Part shown: piece by piece, positions 57,660 to 64,000 of the stretch
Layout: the number at the start of each line of letters is the position of its first letter
Position numbering within the stretch: the first letter of the stretch is position 1
Assembly (NCBI GenBank): GCA_040377305.1
Contig: JBEIPA010000007.1
Coordinates: forward strand, 163,880 to 227,879
Length of the DNA stretch: 64,000 nt
Direction: 5' to 3'
Source of the DNA: Flavobacteriales bacterium
Lineage (GTDB): Bacteria; Bacteroidota; Bacteroidia; Palsa-965
Notes under the pieces: model-generated
Databases searched by the model: none
The model's input: the letters and a program-made list of their open reading frames with translations, nothing else
What the model was told of the DNA's origin: nothing
Translations under genes and position numbers: made by a program

Positions 57660-58646
57660 ATGAGAACAACCGTATTTTCCCTGCTGATATTTTCAGTTTC
57701 CGGTTTTGGGAATGTGAATCCAACGCTGGACGGAAAAATATCTACGCATTGTTTGGGCGGACTAACTTACCAGATTCAGGTAGAAATTGTGGTGCCGGGA
57801 ACCGGATTAACATCCGACAGCATTTCCGTCGAATTCGGTGATGGTAACGAAATGATGATTTGCGAAGCCGATTTCACGAGTAGCACTTCTGCTGGAGGCG
57901 TGAGTAGTTTGTTGTTCGTTTGCAATCATACTTATTCACCCGGAAGTTATATGGTGTTCGCACGGTGTGGCTACCACATTGGCGGAATCTTGAATATCCC
58001 GAGTAGTGCAATGCTGGAATTTTGTCTGCAGGCGTTTGTCGCGGTGGACCCGAATATTGGATGCAACAGTTCTCCTATTGGTGATCTGCTCCTTCCGGAA
58101 ATCGAATGGTCTACACAGATATTGAATGTGCAGGGCTTGAGCATGTATGATCCCGAAGGCGATAGCGTTGCGTGGCATCTGTACACTCCGATGTGTGTTC
58201 AAACCGGAACAGCAGATCCTGCACAGGTGGGAGGCGGAACATTTTCCTATTCGGCGGTGCAGCAGAATTTCTCTTGGAGTGGAGCACAGATTGCCGGAGC
58301 ATACACCGTGTTGTTTTACTTCGAGGAATTTCGTCGTCTATCCAATGGTAATTATGTTTTAGTTGGTTCGACGACTCGTGAAGTCCTGATTGACATCAAC
58401 AATACTGTTGATATATCAACGAATGCGCCATTGTCCTTCACCGCGTTTCCGAATCCGGCGAATACAAATTTGTCTGTTACACTTCAGGACGCAAACGTTG
58501 CAACGATCAGCGATCTGAACGGTCAATGCGTATTGATGCAATCTCTTCGTAGTGGCACAAACGAAATCAACGTTTCTTCGCTGGCGGAAGGTGTGTACAT
58601 CCTGCAAATCGGTGAATCTTCCCGACGGATTTCCATCGTTCGTTAA
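57660..58646 (+). CDS. T9SS type-A cargo protein (PKD-like region, DPEGDS motif)
   Basis: VEFGDG...HTYSPGSY, NSSP, DPEGDSV; CTD FPNPANT...INVSSLAEGVYIL. Confidence 0.85.
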   Translation: MRTTVFSLLIFSVSGFGNVNPTLDGKISTHCLGGLTYQIQVEIVVPGTGLTSDSISVEFGDGNEMMICEADFTSSTSAGGVSSLLFVCNHTYSPGSYMVFARCGYHIGGILNIPSSAMLEFCLQAFVAVDPNIGCNSSPIGDLLLPEIEWSTQILNVQGLSMYDPEGDSVAWHLYTPMCVQTGTADPAQVGGGTFSYSAVQQNFSWSGAQIAGAYTVLFYFEEFRRLSNGNYVLVGSTTREVLIDINNTVDISTNAPLSFTAFPNPANTNLSVTLQDANVATISDLNGQCVLMQSLRSGTNEINVSSLAEGVYILQIGESSRRISIVR

Positions 58647-58695
58647 AAGCTGCAAAAAGTTTGTGCACTATACCCATTCTTGCGTCATACCACTG

Positions 58696-60402
58696 ATGAA
58701 TAGGCGCACACTTATTTCACTCCTTCTTGGATTCCTGTTCGCATTCAACGCGGATGCCCAATCGCGGTTGAAGAACGGTCGTTACCATGAGCGATATGGT
58801 ACTACGGATATCACGGGAACTGTGGTTGATCACAAGTATCACGGAGCCTTTGTATGGAAGGAATTCGTTCGTTTTCCGGAGAAGCTGAAGCCGGAATGGG
58901 TGATTACGAAGATGATCACGTACGTTAACGGAGTAAAGAATGGTCTCACGGTATCATTCGATCAGTACGGTGATACAACGGAGGTTGGTTCCTTTTGCAA
59001 TGGACAACCTTGCGGACATTGGCGAAGAAAACGGGACAACCGTATTGTAAGTATATGTAATTACGATTCAACAGGAATGGAAATCGGATGGCAAGGATAT
59101 TACAACAGACAAGGTGTGCTCATTGCCAGAGATTACTTCCACAGCGAAAAAGCATATTATTCGTGGAAGTACAACGACTACGGAAAGTTGCTGCAGCGCG
59201 GAGATCATTCCAGGCATGGAAGAGAGGGAACGTGGTATGAATATTCCGACGTGATGACGGATGATCCGCGTGATACTTTGCCGACGATTATTTCCCATTG
59301 GGAAAACGGCATAGAGCTTGGTCTGCGGCAGCTATTCAGCAAAGGAGTGATCACGGAAGAATGGGAAGTATTGAACGGACAATTTTACGGTAAGCACAAG
59401 TATTATCGCAACGGAAGACTACGGATGGAGGAAACCAGATATAACGGGGCGCTCAACGGCGTTCGAATGGAATATGCAGATGCCGGAAACATTTGGGTGA
59501 GCCAAACTTATCGTAATTCTGTCTTGCATGGAGAACAATTGAAATACGATACGACTACGAATGTGATCACAGAACGTTCTGTTTACGATAACAACGTCAT
59601 CGTAAAACGAGAGTTGTTGACCCCCAAAAGTCAGCTTATCTTCCGCGAGGATCTGATTGCAGCGGATTCCACACACTACCGGTACGCTGAATATTATACC
59701 AATGGTGCGCGCAAGTGTGAAGGAGAATTTGTTCGTGGTCGTCCACATGGAAAATATCAATCGTGGTATGCGAATGGACAGCGTGAAGTTTCAACGTGGT
59801 ACAAGCTTGGAGAGCATTCGCAGTACATGAATATCTGGAATGAAGATGGCGTTCTCGTTTACAGCGCGACTGTACGGTCTGGAATAGCCTGCGATGATGA
59901 AGTTGTTCGCGATGAGAATGGAACAAAGCTTGCGCGCGGAACTTCGCAGTACACAGAACAGATTAAGAAGTATGCGCCACCCGGCTTTCATTCCTTCGAA
60001 GAACACGGATACACATTACCGGTGGTTAGGATCGTAACGTTTAATCGTTACAATAGAGGGATCGCGAAATCAACACCTGAAAGTAATGTTGAGTCATGTA
60101 AGTCTGCAGCGCAACCACAGTTTCCCGGAGGAGATAGTGCATATCATGCTTTCTTTCACGGAAACCTTGTGTATCCTCAAATGGAAAAGGAAGCAGGAAT
60201 ACAGGGCACCACGTATGTTGAGTTCATTGTGAAATCTGATGGAACAATTTCGGATATAGTAGTCACGAAAGTTCTGAGTCCAAATATTTCTAAAGAAGTG
60301 CTCCGTGTTGTAACAATGATGCCCAAATGGATTCCCGCTAAGAAGAATGGTAAGTCTGTTGATCAGAAGTGCGTGATTGGGTTTAGGTATGAGATCCTTT
60401 AG
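58696..60402 (+). CDS. Exported MORN-variant repeat protein with a C-terminal TonB_C domain
   Basis: Signal MNRRTLISLLLG..DA|Q; MORN-like repeats; PQFPGG...LVYP...GIQGT.YVEFIV..DG...MPKWIPA. Confidence 0.85.
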   Translation: MNRRTLISLLLGFLFAFNADAQSRLKNGRYHERYGTTDITGTVVDHKYHGAFVWKEFVRFPEKLKPEWVITKMITYVNGVKNGLTVSFDQYGDTTEVGSFCNGQPCGHWRRKRDNRIVSICNYDSTGMEIGWQGYYNRQGVLIARDYFHSEKAYYSWKYNDYGKLLQRGDHSRHGREGTWYEYSDVMTDDPRDTLPTIISHWENGIELGLRQLFSKGVITEEWEVLNGQFYGKHKYYRNGRLRMEETRYNGALNGVRMEYADAGNIWVSQTYRNSVLHGEQLKYDTTTNVITERSVYDNNVIVKRELLTPKSQLIFREDLIAADSTHYRYAEYYTNGARKCEGEFVRGRPHGKYQSWYANGQREVSTWYKLGEHSQYMNIWNEDGVLVYSATVRSGIACDDEVVRDENGTKLARGTSQYTEQIKKYAPPGFHSFEEHGYTLPVVRIVTFNRYNRGIAKSTPESNVESCKSAAQPQFPGGDSAYHAFFHGNLVYPQMEKEAGIQGTTYVEFIVKSDGTISDIVVTKVLSPNISKEVLRVVTMMPKWIPAKKNGKSVDQKCVIGFRYEIL

Positions 60403-60441
60403 TTGTGAGCGGGAGTGGAGAAACAGCAATGCCGACGGAGT

Positions 60442-60942
60442 CTAGTATAGCATAAATCGGATTGGCTGAACAAAAGAAGTACGGACTACGTTTCCATTTT
60501 GTTTTCCCGGAATCCAATTGGGCGATCCTTCGACGATGCGTTGTGCTTCACTTTTCATGTATTCTGAATTCGGGTGTTTCACTACTTCGACATGGGTGAC
60601 TGATCCGTCTTTCTCGACAACGAATCTAACATACGCTGTTCCTTGTACGCAGCCAACGCTACATTTCGTTGGATCCGGATAGCGCATGGTGTTCGCAACA
60701 TATTTTCTCCAGGCAGAATCTCCACCGGGAAACATGGGCATTTCTTCAACGTAGGCATAAACCGCTGTGTCGTCGTTGCGCTGATTAGCCGAAGTTGCAG
60801 TCACGGAGTCGGAATACACGACTTCGTTGCCTTCAGGAAGTTTGCATGTAGGACGTACGACGTCGGTGACGGGCTCGGTTGTTTGAGCAGAAATCTGAAT
60901 TGCAAGGAAGAAAGTAACAACAAGTGCGACGTTGAATTTCAT
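60442..60942 (-). CDS. TonB C-terminal domain protein
   Basis: VEEMPMFPGG...MRYP...VQGTAYVRFVVEKDG...PNWIPGKQNG..V....PIRF; cleavable-looking signal ..ISA|Q. Confidence 0.88.
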   Translation of the reverse strand: MKFNVALVVTFFLAIQISAQTTEPVTDVVRPTCKLPEGNEVVYSDSVTATSANQRNDDTAVYAYVEEMPMFPGGDSAWRKYVANTMRYPDPTKCSVGCVQGTAYVRFVVEKDGSVTHVEVVKHPNSEYMKSEAQRIVEGSPNWIPGKQNGNVVRTSFVQPIRFMLY

Positions 60943-61139
60943 GAGAGCAAGTTACACATAGCAGTGGGTTAACGTCTCTGTGAAAGTGACCAGTTACAAA
61001 GTCAATAGTTCCGGGTTTGGAGTTTTCATGAGACAGACGGGTCGAAGTTGCGTCACCTCATCCGTGGTGAGGAGTAGAAATGCTCTTCCATAAAAGAAGA
61101 GATGATGGAATGAATTTTGATTTTACAACCAAAGTGTAA

Positions 61140-62420
61140 TCACAACCGGTATTTGTACAGCATTCTGTTTCCGCCATACTCGGTGCGATCAATCCACAAA
61201 AAGAAAAGTGTGTTGTTACGAATACGCACGTTAACCGGAAATGGTTTGTCGTCAATGAGCCATTCCCGATCGGTTCCGAATGTATGATCGTGTAAGCGAA
61301 CAACTTTCAGCACACTGTTTACTTCGTAAGTGGTGTAGAGATCGTCTGTTCCTTCATCGCGCAGAATATTTCCCTGCCAACCTTTGTCGTGGTGAAACGT
61401 GATGAACACAGAATCGATTTTGTCCATGCGCTCGTCGAAGCGGTATGCGTGATTGTTTGTGAAGTCGAAGATCCAGACGTTTGCGTTGTGTTGCACGACT
61501 TGCGCCTGAACAGGAATGAGCGCAGAAGAATCTTTGTAAGCCATTCGTGCTGTTGACTGGAAGTATTCAAGATTCTGATTCAGATAGTCGGTAGAGTAAG
61601 CATAACCCCGACCTTTTCTGCGTTCACGTAGAAACCACTGAAGGTCGTAATTGGCCTGTATGAGTCGCTCTCCATCTGTTCGTCGCGACTGGTGAAAGCT
61701 GATGTTGTTTCCTTTGTACGCATACAGGAAATCGACCCGTTGATTTTTGTACGTGTACATGCGCGTGAACAGTTTTCCGCCGAAATATAGATCGATGCCG
61801 TTGAAGGTGTTCAGCATAACTTGTTTCGCAACCGGATACATCAGTTGGAGCTTTTCATAATCGAAATAGACCTGCCAGCTCGAATCGTTGGAAGTAATGT
61901 GACAACGACCGAAACAATCGCGGTACAAGCCGTCCATTTTTTTGCTCACGTAAAGTGTGTGCATGTTCGCACCTGTTTCATCGAGTAACATGAGTCGTGC
62001 AGGACTATTTGCATCTTCATAAGCAAGCACGAGCAAGTAGTTGTCGAAGAATTCGAAATCGGTACACATGAGCGCGACGTCTTTCTGAATGCATTCCGGC
62101 GCGGAAGAGATCACCACTTCACCGAGTAAAACGGAAGAAGGTGCGAGTGCGACTTTGATTACTTTATTTGGTTGTGTAACGACAACTTCTTTTGTGCGAT
62201 AACCGATGCACGTAACAACCAGTGTAGCCGGATAATTCCAGACCTGAATAGAAAACGTTCCGTTCTCATCGGTTTGTTTTCCGTCGAGTGTTCCTTTGAT
62301 AAGAATGTTTGCGTAGGGAATTGGTTCTCCGGTAAGGCTATCTGCGAGGGAGCCGTAGACGGCTTGGGAACTAGCTACTACGCTCAAAAGAATGCTGGCT
62401 ATGAAAGCGATTGTGCGCAT
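61140..62420 (-). CDS. Exported protein with an N-terminal carboxypeptidase-regulatory-like (CarboxypepD_reg) domain
   Basis: DSLTGEPIPYANI..KGT..G..TDENGTF...IGY....L.EVVI. The remainder is not a TonB-dependent barrel (too short). Confidence 0.82.
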   Translation of the reverse strand: MRTIAFIASILLSVVASSQAVYGSLADSLTGEPIPYANILIKGTLDGKQTDENGTFSIQVWNYPATLVVTCIGYRTKEVVVTQPNKVIKVALAPSSVLLGEVVISSAPECIQKDVALMCTDFEFFDNYLLVLAYEDANSPARLMLLDETGANMHTLYVSKKMDGLYRDCFGRCHITSNDSSWQVYFDYEKLQLMYPVAKQVMLNTFNGIDLYFGGKLFTRMYTYKNQRVDFLYAYKGNNISFHQSRRTDGERLIQANYDLQWFLRERRKGRGYAYSTDYLNQNLEYFQSTARMAYKDSSALIPVQAQVVQHNANVWIFDFTNNHAYRFDERMDKIDSVFITFHHDKGWQGNILRDEGTDDLYTTYEVNSVLKVVRLHDHTFGTDREWLIDDKPFPVNVRIRNNTLFFLWIDRTEYGGNRMLYKYRL

Positions 62421-62456
62421 GCGGGGAGTGAAAGAAATGATCAATGTTCAACGCTT

Positions 62457-62476
62457 GTCCTGAGCCTGTCGAAGGG
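62457..62476. repeat. Short dispersed repeat (CCCTTCGACAGGCTCAGG family)
   Basis: gtcctgagcctgtcgaaggg here; opposite-orientation relatives at 43914-43930 and 63521-63540. Confidence 0.7.
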
Positions 62477-62590
62477 CTCAATTCTCAATGACCATTGCAA
62501 GTTAAAAATGTTCAGTGAAATGAGGGTGGTGTAAAGTGACCAGTTGTGAAGTGGGGGAGGCCGCAGGGGAGATTTCGCGATGCTCAAGGG

Positions 62591-62910
62591 AAACAAAAGG
62601 CCTCACCCCCGGCCCCTCTCCGGGAGAGAGGGGAGTGGCGACTACGTCGCGAGGTTTGTGCTATGCAAAAAAAACAAAAGGCCTCACCCCCGGCCCCTCT
62701 CCAAAAGAGAGGGGAGTGGCGACTACGTCGCGAGGTTTGTGCTATGAAAAAAAACAAAAGGCCTCACCCCCGGCAACTCTCCGGGAGAGAGGGGAGTGGC
62801 GACTACGTCGCGAGATCAAAAAAGAGTTGTGTATGAATGAGTAGGGTGTGTGCTATGAAAAAAAACAAAAGGCCTCACCCCCGGCCCCTCTCCAAAAGAG
62901 AGGGGAGTGA
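62591..62910 (+). repeat. Tandem array of 4 CCTCACCCCCGGCCCCTCTCC..GAGAGGGGAG hairpin units
   Basis: Unit cores start at 62601, 62682, 62762 and 62873 (periods 81, 80, 111). The first three units carry a second hairpin gcgactacgtcgc. Confidence 0.92.
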
Positions 62911-62924
62911 CGCGGGATATTATT

Positions 62925-63500
62925 TTAATTCTTTGGTGACTTCGTGTACACAAACCAGATCAGTTCGCGAGTGTATTCATCCATCGGTCCGCTTGTACGG
63001 CAGATGTGACGGAACACGGATTTGGATTCGCCGGTGAGTGCGATGCGTTCGCTGATAGGTGGAATGACAGTCATGTTCACTACTTTTTTGCGCTTGAAAT
63101 ATTTCTTCTGCAGAGTGCGTTTGTGAATCAATGCGTAAGCGAATACGGGTATTGCCATGAGTCCAAGAACTTTGTCGGCCATTGCGACTTCTGCACCTTC
63201 TTGTCCGTAGATCAAACGAATGTCTATGGCGAGTGTGATGGCAGCAACAGTTGCGTAAAGAGCGATCAACGTGCGACGTTCATTTGCAACGAGTGCGAGT
63301 ATGATGACGTAGATAATTCCGAGGAAGGTATTATCAGGCGTAAGAAAATCTGTGCACAATAATAGCGGACAAGCCAGTACAGCAACAATACCTGTATTCG
63401 AAAACGGAACAGAAATTCGTTTCAGCGTGCGTACAGGAACTGTTTGTTTGTTACCTGCGTGTACCGTGTGTTTGTGTTGGTTGATTGAAGAGCGGATCAT
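62925..63500 (-). CDS. Hypothetical 4-TM membrane protein (sensor-input-like)
   Basis: Four hydrophobic segments (DFLTP...LGIIYVIILAL..., ..DKVLGLMAIPVFAYAL) followed by a basic tail; no catalytic domain. Confidence 0.65.
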   Translation of the reverse strand: MIRSSINQHKHTVHAGNKQTVPVRTLKRISVPFSNTGIVAVLACPLLLCTDFLTPDNTFLGIIYVIILALVANERRTLIALYATVAAITLAIDIRLIYGQEGAEVAMADKVLGLMAIPVFAYALIHKRTLQKKYFKRKKVVNMTVIPPISERIALTGESKSVFRHICRTSGPMDEYTRELIWFVYTKSPKN

Positions 63501-63782
63501 AATAGGATTTTGAGTTTCAGCCCTTCGATAAACTCAGGACAGGCTACACTACAAATGTAGATCAGCATTCTATTGTTGAGGAGGTGATGTAAGAAACGAG
63601 TGAATGTTGTTTTCACCAGGAGAAGAGTGTTGCAATTCAAGCAGCGTAAGCAGATTATTCTACGTTGTGAAAATTGTCTACAGCAAAATCGCAGTGTGGA
63701 AAATGTAGGAGTAGCTGGACGCGATCCGGACAACTTTTAGAACATGCAAAGTGGGAAGGGTGATGTTGGATGGGGTGTTGCG

Positions 63783-64000
63783 AAACAAAAAGCCTCACCC
63801 CCGGCCCCTCTCCGGGAGAGAGGGGAGTGGCGACTTCGTCGCGAGGTGAGAAATGAAAAAGAGTTGTGTGTGATTGAGCAGGGAGTGTGCTTTGAAAAAA
63901 AAAAACAAAAGGCCGCACCCCCGGCCCCTCTCCGAAAGAGAGGGGAGTGGCGACTTCGCCGCGAGGTGTGAGATGAAAAAAGTTGTGTGATTGAGTAGGG
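63783..64000 (+). repeat. Second array of the same hairpin units (2 copies, runs to the window edge)
   Basis: Cores at 63793 and 63913 (period 120), same orientation and linker (gagttgtgtg..tgag.aggg) as the 62591 array. Confidence 0.9.

Noticed and set aside
62536-63037. ORFs 62536..62844, 62546..62836, 62837..63037 (and 63744..63971)
   Set aside because: They are translations of the non-coding repeat arrays in several frames.
62591-64000. CRISPR array
   Set aside because: The sequences between repeats are near-identical to each other rather than unique spacers, the periods are irregular (80-120 bp) and there are no cas genes.

Overview
Bacteroidota chromosomal segment: TAnnTTTG -7 promoters, signal peptides ending in ..A|Q, nine type-A T9SS C-terminal sorting domains, and the hemD-rnpA-yidD-S41, murF-alr/tdk and DAHP synthase-chorismate mutase arrangements. 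It has about 45 CDSs. I saw no rRNA, tRNA, CRISPR array, transposase or integrase. Housekeeping genes (gcdH, hemD, rnpA, yidD, meaB, murF-alr, tdk, rsmI, corA) alternate with accessory secreted proteins. Most notable: (1) a candidate phosphate-starvation lipid-remodelling locus made of a secreted choice-of-anchor-I phosphatase-like protein, a receiver-only PhoP-like protein, a PlcP-type phospholipase C, an MJ1255/VC2487-family glycosyltransferase and a DAG-kinase-family protein; (2) four copies of a 193-197 bp element built from three nested inverted repeats, plus several other REP/REPIN-like and heptamer repeat families, some of which supply stop codons or coding sequence; (3) three tandem T9SS-secreted CotH kinases, two with a duplicated 5' leader; (4) an AT-richer cassette with two coupled T9SS proteins and a divergent XRE gene; (5) an ECF sigma / membrane anti-sigma-like / GldM-C-like operon. 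A SCO gene is frameshifted and a YiiX-like lipoprotein lacks its catalytic Cys. All family calls come from motif recognition by eye, not database searches.
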